Below, piece by piece: positions 1-8,059 of a stretch of DNA of 64,000 nt (positions are counted from its first letter, which is position 1; every line of letters starts with the position of its first letter). Both the position numbers and the translations under genes were made by a program. This stretch comes from Burkholderiales bacterium. Lineage in GTDB: Bacteria; Pseudomonadota; Gammaproteobacteria; Burkholderiales; Ga0077523. The notes under the pieces were generated by a model. The model did not search any database. It was not told the DNA's origin and saw only the letters and a program-made list of their open reading frames with translations. The stretch spans positions 62,799 through 126,798 of the forward strand of contig JAIESW010000002.1 of NCBI GenBank assembly GCA_019745565.1, given 5' to 3'.

Positions 1-24
1 GCCCTGGGCGTAGACCGTCGGGAA

Positions 25-2169
25 GTGAATCGGTGCTTGACTTACGAGCTGGCCGGCGAGGTGCATCAAGGGGCGGACTACCGCTGGCGCCTGCTGAACG
101 AAGGTACGACCGCACCGAGAGAGCCGCCCGCTACGCCGAGCACTGAGATTGCGAGGCTGTGCAGCTACTACCTCGAGTGCGTCGGACAGGACATGGACGA
201 CGGCGTCAACGCCTTCGCAAGTTCCCAACACGGAACCCCGGAGTACGCGGAGCTGTCCCGCCTTCCGCTCGCACCGCGTGCGGGCGAATGGTTCAACGAG
301 CCCGGTGTCGGGCGCGTGCTCGGCAAGGTCCTGCAGGACCGCACCCGGCTCACCGCCTGGTTGGGATACCCCGTCCGCCTGCGTCGCCATCGCACGTCCA
401 AGTGGGAAGGTTTTCTCGTCGAGCCAGTGCTGTTATGGCGAATCGAGTTGGGGGAGCGAGCCGACGAGCAACCCGATATTGATGATGCCGGCCCCTCGCC
501 GAACGCGAAGTTTCTCCGGGCGGTGGCGATGGGCGATCCCGTCCAGCTTGCGGACGAGGCGGCGCGGTTGACGGCAGAACTCGGCCTCAACGCTCCGCAA
601 ACCGACATGCCGGAGACGGATGAACTCATCGACAGGCTCGCGCGGATTCGACCCGACTGGGACTGGAAGGAAGCCCTCGACCCAACGAACTGTCACGGCC
701 AGGTTTCGCTCGCCGAATTGTCGGAACCTGGCATCTACAACCGGGCCATCGTAGTCCCGGCGCAGCGCTTGCCTTATACCCAGGGCCTGGAAAGCGAGCT
801 CAAGGCTCTGGGCGCGGCAACGGCCAAAGCGTTGAGCCACACTGCACTCGGACAGTGGTTGAGCGGTAGCGTGGCTTCGGAAGCGGCGGGCGCGGATACC
901 GAACCGCTGTTGGAAGTGCTGCCGATGAACAGCGAGCAACGCACTGCGGTGCGGGCGGCACTGTCGGCACCACTCACGGTGGTGACCGGTCCCCCGGGGA
1001 CAGGCAAGTCTCAGGTGGTGACGAACCTGCTGGTTAATGCCGCCTTTCGCGGCATGCGGGTACTGTTCGCCAGCAAGAACAACAAGGCCGTCGATGTTGT
1101 CGAGGCACGGGTGAATGGTCTCGGGAACCGCCCCGTGGTGCTGCGACTGGGCGCCAGGGAGTACCAGGGCAGGCTCGCGGGCTACATGACGCAACTGCTG
1201 GCCGGCAACCCCAGCGCCGATGATCGAATGAGCTACGACGAGGGGCTGGCTCGCCACCGAGCCCTAATCACAAGACAAGCCAAGCTCGACACGCTCCAGC
1301 AACAGACACTTGAAGCCCGGAACTCCGTGGACCGGCTCGATATCGAGACCGATGACGCGCGCCGGTTGCTCGGCGATTTGCTCGGGGCGATTGACGAAGA
1401 GGCCATTCAGCGGGCGCATTGGGCTGTCGATGTGTTGGCACAAGCCGTCGACGGTGTAGACCGTGGCCAACAGGGTTGGATATCCCGCATGCTGTGGCAA
1501 CAAGCCGTACGCAGCCGACTTCGGCGGTTGGGTCGGGCGGTCGCGTCCGCGACCGCTTCGGCCGATCGGCTCGGGGTGAAACTTCCGCATAGCCTGACGG
1601 AGGCCGACGTGCCCGCCTTCCGTGCGGCGGTCGGCCAGTTGCGGCAGCGGCTCGCCGCCGCTGAGAGCGTGGTCACGTACCGGCGCGCCCTGGACGTTCT
1701 CAGGAGCGCTCCTTCCTTCGAAGAGATTGCCCGTCAGCGGGCCGTGTTGGCGGACGAGGTTGCGCAGAACTCACAACGGTTGTGGCGCGACTGGGTGCAA
1801 CTCGCGCCGACACGGCTGACGGCCGCGCAACGCAAGGACGTAGCGGACTACGCCGCGGTCTTGCAGGCGATGACTGGCCCCGACGCGGAGCAAGTCCACC
1901 CGACGGTAAGGAAGCGCGCGCGGGAACTGCAAGGCAAGGTCACAGACCTATTCACTTGCTGGGCCGTCACATCCCTGTCCGCGCGCGGTAGGGTGCCGTT
2001 CGAGCCCGGATTTTTCGACTTGGTCGTCATCGACGAGGCAAGCCAATGCGACATCGCCTCCGCATTGCCGCTGCTGTACCGTGCGAAGCGCAGCGTCATC
2101 ATCGGCGACCCGCAGCAGCTGAGGCACATCAGCGCCCTCACGCGGGCACGGGACAGCGAGCTGCAGTAA
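25..2169 (+). CDS. SF1 (Upf1/DNA2-like) helicase, N-terminal portion. It holds an uncharacterised ~300-aa N-domain plus helicase motifs I-III. It stops at 2167-2169 and continues in another frame from 2177, so it is probably one disrupted gene. The frame is open back to nt 1, so the true start may lie upstream of the window.
   Basis: Walker A GPPGTGKSQVV, VLFASKNNKAVD, motif II VVIDEASQC and motif III IIGDPQQL. There is no in-frame stop between nt 1 and 25. Confidence 0.8.
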   Translation: MNRCLTYELAGEVHQGADYRWRLLNEGTTAPREPPATPSTEIARLCSYYLECVGQDMDDGVNAFASSQHGTPEYAELSRLPLAPRAGEWFNEPGVGRVLGKVLQDRTRLTAWLGYPVRLRRHRTSKWEGFLVEPVLLWRIELGERADEQPDIDDAGPSPNAKFLRAVAMGDPVQLADEAARLTAELGLNAPQTDMPETDELIDRLARIRPDWDWKEALDPTNCHGQVSLAELSEPGIYNRAIVVPAQRLPYTQGLESELKALGAATAKALSHTALGQWLSGSVASEAAGADTEPLLEVLPMNSEQRTAVRAALSAPLTVVTGPPGTGKSQVVTNLLVNAAFRGMRVLFASKNNKAVDVVEARVNGLGNRPVVLRLGAREYQGRLAGYMTQLLAGNPSADDRMSYDEGLARHRALITRQAKLDTLQQQTLEARNSVDRLDIETDDARRLLGDLLGAIDEEAIQRAHWAVDVLAQAVDGVDRGQQGWISRMLWQQAVRSRLRRLGRAVASATASADRLGVKLPHSLTEADVPAFRAAVGQLRQRLAAAESVVTYRRALDVLRSAPSFEEIARQRAVLADEVAQNSQRLWRDWVQLAPTRLTAAQRKDVADYAAVLQAMTGPDAEQVHPTVRKRARELQGKVTDLFTCWAVTSLSARGRVPFEPGFFDLVVIDEASQCDIASALPLLYRAKRSVIIGDPQQLRHISALTRARDSELQ

Positions 2170-2176
2170 GCACGGC

Positions 2177-3259
2177 TTGGTCGAAACGCGGTTGGGCTGG
2201 ATGTACTCGGTGTCATCGCTGTACGACGTGGCCGCAAGCGTCGTCACCTCGGATGGCATCGTCAACCTGCGTGACCACCATCGGTCGCACGCGGACATCA
2301 TCCAGTTCTCTAACCGCACTTTCTACGAGGGGCGTTTGCGCGTAGCCACTCGCTACAAGAACCTCAAACGACCGCGCGACGGAGAGGCAGGCATCGTGTG
2401 GCAGGACGTGGAGGGGCGAGTGACCCGGCCCGATTCGGGCGGAGCCTTGAACCGGCCGGAGGCCAAGGCTGTTTTTCTGGCCCTGCATGACCTCCTCGTC
2501 AGGCGAGGCTACAAAGGTACGGTGGGCGTGGTGACACCGTTTCGGGCACAGGCGCAGCTGCTGCAGGAGCTTGTCGCGAATAGCGCCGACCTGGATGCCG
2601 TGCGCGACCTGAGCGAGTTGCTGGTCGACACCGTGCACAGCTTCCAGGGCGACGAGCGCGATGTGATGTTCTTCTCGCCGGTCGTGTCCAACAGCACACC
2701 GTCGAGCGCCCTGAGCTTCTTGAGAAGCAACGGCAATCTGTTCAACGTTGCCATCACCCGAGCCAGGGGTCTGCTGCATGTGGTGGGAGACCGCGCTGCC
2801 GCAGCTTCATCGGGTGTCGACTACCTCGCGGACTTCCAGAGCTACGTTGCCGGATTGGGTAATGTCACACCGATACCCGAGCACGTCGACCCCTCAACGC
2901 TTGGTCCGAAGTACCCGCCCGTCGCCAAGCCCGAGCAGGTTTCGGATTGGGAGCGCGTGCTGTATCGCGCACTGCATGCGGCCGGTGTGCAGGCGATTCC
3001 CCAATACGGGATCGAGCAGTACGTCCCGGACTTCGCCGTCGTCGTCGGCGACCGGCGTTTGAACATCGAGGTGGATGGCGAGCATTTTCACCGGAGTTGG
3101 ACCGGGGAACTATGCCTTCGCGACCAGTTGAGGAATCAGCGGCTCATCGAGTTGGGCTGGGATGTGAAGCGGTTCTGGGTCTACGAGGTGCGCGACATGC
3201 TCGATGAGTGTGTGGCCGCAGTGGTTCTCTGGGTGGAAGAGGTGAAGGCGACGACATGA
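2177..3259 (+). CDS. C-terminal portion of the same SF1 helicase (motifs IV-VI) fused to a DUF559/Vsr-like PD-(D/E)xK endonuclease domain.
   Basis: LRDHHRSHADIIQFSNRTFYEGRL (motif IV-like), VVTPFRAQ, VDTVHSFQGDERDVMFFS and NVAITRAR. The C-terminus carries YVPDFAVVVGDRRLNIEVDGEHFH...RDQLRNQRLIELGWDVKRFW. The ORF begins at a TTG with no RBS, and its frame is open from 2123. Confidence 0.8.
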   Translation: MVETRLGWMYSVSSLYDVAASVVTSDGIVNLRDHHRSHADIIQFSNRTFYEGRLRVATRYKNLKRPRDGEAGIVWQDVEGRVTRPDSGGALNRPEAKAVFLALHDLLVRRGYKGTVGVVTPFRAQAQLLQELVANSADLDAVRDLSELLVDTVHSFQGDERDVMFFSPVVSNSTPSSALSFLRSNGNLFNVAITRARGLLHVVGDRAAAASSGVDYLADFQSYVAGLGNVTPIPEHVDPSTLGPKYPPVAKPEQVSDWERVLYRALHAAGVQAIPQYGIEQYVPDFAVVVGDRRLNIEVDGEHFHRSWTGELCLRDQLRNQRLIELGWDVKRFWVYEVRDMLDECVAAVVLWVEEVKATT

Positions 3260-3402
3260 AAGCTTTGGGCCACGGTTTGTTGGAGAGTGCCGCCGCCGGG
3301 GGCGGTCGGGAGATCACCCCCACTACATATCTGCATGACCTCGTCGAGGATGGGGCGACGTCAAGTACTGAGGTTGTTCGAATCGCTCTGACCCTTCCAT
3401 GA
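3256..3402 (+). CDS. Hypothetical 48-codon micro-ORF bridging the helicase-nuclease and the 207-aa protein.
   Basis: Its ATG at 3256 overlaps the helicase stop (ATGA, 3256-3259). Its stop overlaps the next ATG (ATGA, 3399-3402). Third-position GC looks lower than in the flanking genes, so it may instead be a non-coding spacer. Confidence 0.3.
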   Translation: MKALGHGLLESAAAGGGREITPTTYLHDLVEDGATSSTEVVRIALTLP

Positions 3403-4022
3403 CCAAGCTCGCCTGGTCCGGTACCCTGCTCGGTGTTCAGCCGCGCATCGACCTCATGCGCTCGTTCGACATCCGGCAGCACACCTATCTCGGCTACCTG
3501 CTGCTGATCGAAGGCACCATCGCGGACGAGTCGCGCCGGTTCACGGTGCGTGTCGGTCCGGGTGCCATGGTCAAGCACCGCTTCCATGCCGGGATGAAGA
3601 TCAGCGGAGCAGCGGAGCTCGCCGCCGACCCCGAGCGCGAAGTGGCGGAACTCTACAAGGTGGCCGGTCTTAAGGTGATCGCAGCGGCGGATGTCGAGCC
3701 GGCACCTCCGCCCTGGCACGGCGTCCCGCCGACTTTGCCGGTGTATCGCGAGCGAGGTCACCGTCGCCTCGACGCGCGCACGTACGAGGCTCAGTGCCTG
3801 ACCTGTAAGTGGGCCTGCTGCATGGCGGTGACGATGATCATCGATCAATGGAACCCGCAGAAGCGTCGCTACCGCTTCGAGACATTCTGCTACGGTCCGA
3901 AGTCGTGCAAGCTGTATCGCGCCGGGCCGACCCGCAAGGTGCCGGGGCGCAACGGCATGACGTGGGAGGAGGAAGACTGGGTGGACGAAGAGGCGACAGC
4001 CGGTCGCGGCCAGGACGCCTGA
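3399..4022 (+). CDS. Hypothetical Cys-rich protein (207 aa), family unknown to me.
   Basis: GC-rich third positions and a balanced amino-acid composition. Six clustered Cys (CLTCKWACCMAV, FCYGPKSC). No RBS, but an ATGA overlap with the upstream ORF. Confidence 0.7.
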   Translation: MTKLAWSGTLLGVQPRIDLMRSFDIRQHTYLGYLLLIEGTIADESRRFTVRVGPGAMVKHRFHAGMKISGAAELAADPEREVAELYKVAGLKVIAAADVEPAPPPWHGVPPTLPVYRERGHRRLDARTYEAQCLTCKWACCMAVTMIIDQWNPQKRRYRFETFCYGPKSCKLYRAGPTRKVPGRNGMTWEEEDWVDEEATAGRGQDA

Positions 4023-4088
4023 TCAGGCCTCCGGTTGCCTTCGCGTCCCGCAGCGATCTCCGACAACAGCGCATAAGGAACCCTGACG

Positions 4089-4583
4089 ATGGCCATCTTT
4101 CTCGACACTGAAACCACCGGCTTGAGCCCGTCCCGCGGCGCCGCGATCGTGGAGCTTGCGATAGTCGATGCCGCTGGAAACGTCCTGATCGATTCCCTCA
4201 TCGACCCGGGCAAGCCAATTCCCGCGGAAGCCTCCAGGATTCACGGCATCACCGACGCAATGGTCCGCGGCAAACCCAGCCTGGCGGACGTGATGCCTCA
4301 GGTTGTGGAGATCATCTCGAAGGAGCTCGTCGTCATCTATAACGCGGGCTTCGATTCGCCGTTCTTCCCGGGTCGCCTGCGCCAGTCACAGGGCGTGCGC
4401 TGCGCGATGACCGAGTTCGCCGATGCGCTGGGCGGACCGTGGCGCAAGCTCGATGTCGCCGCTCGGCACGTCGGGCACAAGTGGACGGGAGCCGCCCATC
4501 GTGCCTTGTCCGATGCACAGGCGTGCCGCAGCGTGTGGCTCTGGCTCGAAGCGCGGCGGCAGAGGGCTGGGGCGGGCCGGTGA
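4089..4583 (+). CDS. Stand-alone DEDD(h) 3'-5' exonuclease, DnaQ/epsilon-like (164 aa).
   Basis: ExoI FLDTETTGL, ExoII-like VVIYNAGFDSPF and ExoIII HRALSDAQA. An AAGGAA RBS sits about 10 nt upstream. Confidence 0.85.
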   Translation: MAIFLDTETTGLSPSRGAAIVELAIVDAAGNVLIDSLIDPGKPIPAEASRIHGITDAMVRGKPSLADVMPQVVEIISKELVVIYNAGFDSPFFPGRLRQSQGVRCAMTEFADALGGPWRKLDVAARHVGHKWTGAAHRALSDAQACRSVWLWLEARRQRAGAGR

Positions 4584-4587
4584 CGAC

Positions 4588-7233
4588 CTACGCCAACGCC
4601 CGCGTCACCACCTCCGTCACATCCTTCGACAATCCGGCATGCTCACGGATGCGCGTGAGCGCCGTCTTCGCGTGCGCCTGCCGGCCGGCATCGAACTTCC
4701 GCCACCGATCGAACGCGCGCGCGAGCCGTGCCGCCACTTGCGGATTCAGCGCATCCAACGTGACGATCTGCTCGGCCACCAGCGCGTAGCCGGCGCCGTC
4801 GGCAGCGTGGAAGCGCACCGGATTGCCCTGTGCGAACGTGCCGACGACGGAGCGGACCCGGTTGGGGTTCTTGATGTCGAAGTCGGGATGCGCGAGCAGT
4901 TGCTTCACGCGCGCAAGCGTCGTGGGCAGGCGCGATGTGGCTTGCACGGCGAACCACTTGTCCAGCACCAGTGCCTCGTCGCGCCAACGCGCATGGAACT
5001 TCTCCAGTGCCGTCTCGCGCTCGGGGCATTCGGTGTTGGCCAATGCGGTGAGCGCGGCCATCGTGTCCGTCATGTTGTCCGCGCCCTCGAACTGCGCCAC
5101 GCAGATGGCGCGGATCTCGTCGTCGTCCAGCTCCATCAGATAGCCCAGGCACAGGTTGCGCAGCGCACGCCGGCCGGCTGAAGTGGCGTCGGGACTGTAG
5201 CGGCCGGGCACGGCCATCGCACGATAGGTGGCGAGTAACTCGTCACGTAGGGACTCGGCGATCTTCTGACGCACTCGCACGCGCACCGCGTGGATGGCGT
5301 CGGGGTCGACCACTTCCATCTGTTCGCCGATGTATGCCTCCGAAGGGAGAGAAAGCGCTTCGGCGGCAAACGCGGGATCCTTCGCACCATCGGCCAGCAC
5401 GCGCGCGAAGGCGGCGATGAATTCCGCGGGTGCTTCGAACGCCTTGCCGGCTTTGCGTGCGGCGACGCCCTTCAACAGCAGGCCGAGCGCGAGGCGCTGT
5501 CCGGCTTCCCAGCGGTTGAACGCATCCGAGTCATGCGCCATCAGGTGCGTGTAGTCGGCCTCTGTGTATGGGTAGTCGAGGATCACCGGCGCGGAGAAGC
5601 CGCGCAGCAGCGAAGGCACCGGCTTCGTCGGCACGTTCACGAAGACGAAGCGCTCTTCCGGTGCCTTGACCGAAAGCACGCGGTCGGTGCCGACCGCGGA
5701 TTTCTCGCCTTCCAATTGCAGCGGCAGATCCTTGCCGTCGGGACCTACCAGGCCGATGGCGAGCGGGATATGGAACGGGAGCTTCTCCGGCTGATCCGGC
5801 GTGGGCGGGCACGACTGCTTGACGGTGAGTGTGAAAGTCTTCTTCGCAGCGTCGTAGTCGCCCTTTGCATCGAGCCGCGGCGTCCCGGCTTGGTCGTACC
5901 AGCGGCGCAACTGCGTGAGGTCCACGCCGCCGGCATCCTGCATAGCCTGTGCGAACTCGTCGCAAGTGACCGCCTGGCCGTCGTGGCGCTGGAAGTAGAG
6001 GTCCATGCCCTTGCGGAATCCCTGCGCACCCAGCAGCGTGTGGATCATGCGCACCACTTCGGCACCCTTCTCATACACCGTGACGGTGTAGAAGTTGCCG
6101 ATCTCCATGTACGACTGCGGGCGCACCGGATGCGCCATGGGGCCGGCATCTTCAGGGAACTGAGCAGCGCGCAGCGCGCGCACCTCCTGGATGCGCTGCA
6201 CCGGGCGCGAATAGGTATCGGCACCGTACTCCTGGTCCCGGAATACCGTGAGGCCCTCCTTGAGCGAGAGCTGGAACCAGTCGCGGCACGTGACGCGGTT
6301 GCCGGTCCAGTTGTGGAAGTACTCGTGCGCGACGACGCGGTCGATGTTGAGGTAGTCGGTGTCGGTGGCGGTGTCGCCGCGGGCCAGCACGTACTTCGTG
6401 TTGAAGATGTTGAGGCCCTTGTTCTCCATGGCGCCCATGTTGAAGTCGCCCACGGCCACGATCATGAACCGTTCGAGATCCAGCTCGAGGCCGAAGACGT
6501 CTTCGTCCCACTTCATGGAGCGCTTCAGCGAATCCATCGCGAAGCCCGCCTGGTCAAGCTTGCCGGGTTCCACGTACACCTGCAGCAGCGCGCGCTTGCC
6601 GGATCGGGTGACGAAATGGTCCTCGAGCACGTCGAGCTTCGCGGCCACCATGGCGAAGAGATACGAGGGCTTGGGGAACGGATCTTCCCAGCGGGCCCAG
6701 TGGCGGTCGCCCGGCTCCGTGCCGTGAGCCACGAGATTGCCGTTGGACAGCAGGGCCGGATACTTCGCGAGCGGTGCGTGGATGCTCACGGTGTAGCGCG
6801 ACATCACGTCGGGCCGGTCGATGAACCAGGTGATGCGGCGGAAGCCTTCCGATTCGCACTGCGAGAACAGACCATCCTTCGACTGGAAGAAGCCCATCAG
6901 CTTGGTGTTGTGGAAGGGGTCGATGCGCACGACCGTTTCCAGTTCGAACGCCGCAGGCACACGCGGGATCGTGAGGCGCGCGTCGGTCACGCTCGCGTCG
7001 TCGCCGGTCAGCCGCCGGCCGTCGACGGCGGCGGACACGTGCGTGAGTTCGTCACCGTCCAGCATCAGGGGCGCGGCCTGGTCCTTGGACTCCGGATTGC
7101 GCCGCACGGCGAGCCGGGAGCGGACCAGCACGTGATCGTAGTGGATGTCCACGTGCAGATGCACCGTGTCGATCAGGAACGCGGGCGGGGTGTAGTCCTT
7201 GAGGTGGATGATCTGGGGGTTGGCGTCACGCAT
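4588..7233 (-). CDS. pepN: Aminopeptidase N (M1 family).
   Basis: GAMENKGLNIF exopeptidase motif and HEYFHNWTGNRVTCRDWFQLSLKEG zinc site. Length is 881 aa. Confidence 0.95.
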   Translation of the reverse strand: MRDANPQIIHLKDYTPPAFLIDTVHLHVDIHYDHVLVRSRLAVRRNPESKDQAAPLMLDGDELTHVSAAVDGRRLTGDDASVTDARLTIPRVPAAFELETVVRIDPFHNTKLMGFFQSKDGLFSQCESEGFRRITWFIDRPDVMSRYTVSIHAPLAKYPALLSNGNLVAHGTEPGDRHWARWEDPFPKPSYLFAMVAAKLDVLEDHFVTRSGKRALLQVYVEPGKLDQAGFAMDSLKRSMKWDEDVFGLELDLERFMIVAVGDFNMGAMENKGLNIFNTKYVLARGDTATDTDYLNIDRVVAHEYFHNWTGNRVTCRDWFQLSLKEGLTVFRDQEYGADTYSRPVQRIQEVRALRAAQFPEDAGPMAHPVRPQSYMEIGNFYTVTVYEKGAEVVRMIHTLLGAQGFRKGMDLYFQRHDGQAVTCDEFAQAMQDAGGVDLTQLRRWYDQAGTPRLDAKGDYDAAKKTFTLTVKQSCPPTPDQPEKLPFHIPLAIGLVGPDGKDLPLQLEGEKSAVGTDRVLSVKAPEERFVFVNVPTKPVPSLLRGFSAPVILDYPYTEADYTHLMAHDSDAFNRWEAGQRLALGLLLKGVAARKAGKAFEAPAEFIAAFARVLADGAKDPAFAAEALSLPSEAYIGEQMEVVDPDAIHAVRVRVRQKIAESLRDELLATYRAMAVPGRYSPDATSAGRRALRNLCLGYLMELDDDEIRAICVAQFEGADNMTDTMAALTALANTECPERETALEKFHARWRDEALVLDKWFAVQATSRLPTTLARVKQLLAHPDFDIKNPNRVRSVVGTFAQGNPVRFHAADGAGYALVAEQIVTLDALNPQVAARLARAFDRWRKFDAGRQAHAKTALTRIREHAGLSKDVTEVVTRALA

Positions 7234-7249
7234 GATGGAAAGTCTCGAG

Positions 7250-8059
7250 TCAGGAAGCGATGTTGCGGCCGCCGGCGACGGCGTGGGCGATACGCACCAC
7301 GATCATCATGCCGTACGCGATCGCGCCGGCGATCGCGATCTCGAATGGAAACAAGTTGTGGGACGTAGGGTCGGACATCAAGCCCAACGTGATGTTCACG
7401 ATGGAAAGGGTGATGGGTACCAGACAGACCGCTGCTGCCAGGCGCCAGCCGCCCTGCCAGCGGCGGATCCAGCGGATCGGCAACCAATAGGCGGCGACCA
7501 CCAGCACCACGAAGAGCAGGGAACCTGCGAAGAACAGCAGGTGCCCGAGGATGCCGGTCTTCGGTTCGGCAGCGCGTGCAGCAGCCCGGCGCGCGCTGGC
7601 CTGAGCACGATGCTCGGTAACCCACGAGGGATCGACCGAGTCGTCGGTGCCGGTGGCGACGGTCCACGTCGCGTCCACCGGGAGCACGTGGGCTTCGCCG
7701 GCAGGATCGGACGTCGTTGCGCCCGCGCCGTTCCCCGTGGTCTTCACCACGATTTCGTCCACGTGCACATCACCTTCCTTCGGTTGGAGGAAGGTGAACA
7801 GGACGGTCTCACCGCCGCCGGCCGGAACTGCTTCGATGCCGCTGGTGGCGTACCAGCCCACCTTCGTCCCGCGGCTGCGCACCTCCACGATGTGGACGTT
7901 CTGAGCCGTCGGCGATTCCACGCGCACGCGCAGGTTGAGGGTGTGGCCGTTGGCGAGCGTGGCCGGCTGCGGCGGATGGGTTTCGAGCAACTGCACCGTC
8001 GCGGCATTCGCAGCCGCAGCCAGCGATACGACGGCAATCGTGACGAACGCGCGGATCAC
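7250..8059 (-). CDS. Hypothetical exported/membrane protein: signal peptide, beta-rich periplasmic domain and a C-terminal multi-TM region.
   Basis: I chose the internal GTG start at 8059, which gives VIRAFVTIAVVSLAAAANA (signal-peptide-like). It forms a GTGA overlap with the pirin stop. Hydrophobic C-terminal segments include LLFFAGSLLFVVLVVAAYWL. Confidence 0.6.
   Translation of the reverse strand: MIRAFVTIAVVSLAAAANAATVQLLETHPPQPATLANGHTLNLRVRVESPTAQNVHIVEVRSRGTKVGWYATSGIEAVPAGGGETVLFTFLQPKEGDVHVDEIVVKTTGNGAGATTSDPAGEAHVLPVDATWTVATGTDDSVDPSWVTEHRAQASARRAAARAAEPKTGILGHLLFFAGSLLFVVLVVAAYWLPIRWIRRWQGGWRLAAAVCLVPITLSIVNITLGLMSDPTSHNLFPFEIAIAGAIAYGMMIVVRIAHAVAGGRNIAS

Noticed and set aside
3371-3386. 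GGTTGTTCGAATC, a tRNA T-loop-like string. A similar GTTTCGAATCGC occurs at about 9204.
   Set aside because: The flanks provide no complementary T-stem, acceptor or anticodon arms. No tRNA gene is supported anywhere in the window.
1-4583. Calling the left block a mobile element or prophage.
   Set aside because: No integrase, transposase, att-like direct repeats or tRNA target are visible within the window. Only atypical composition and gene content support foreign origin, so I report it as a candidate accessory module, not a mobile element.
5290-7368. 692-aa ORF on the plus strand.
   Set aside because: It lies entirely antisense to the confidently identified pepN. Its composition is Arg/Gly/Ala/His-rich and typical of a high-GC mirror frame, and I recognise no motifs in it.
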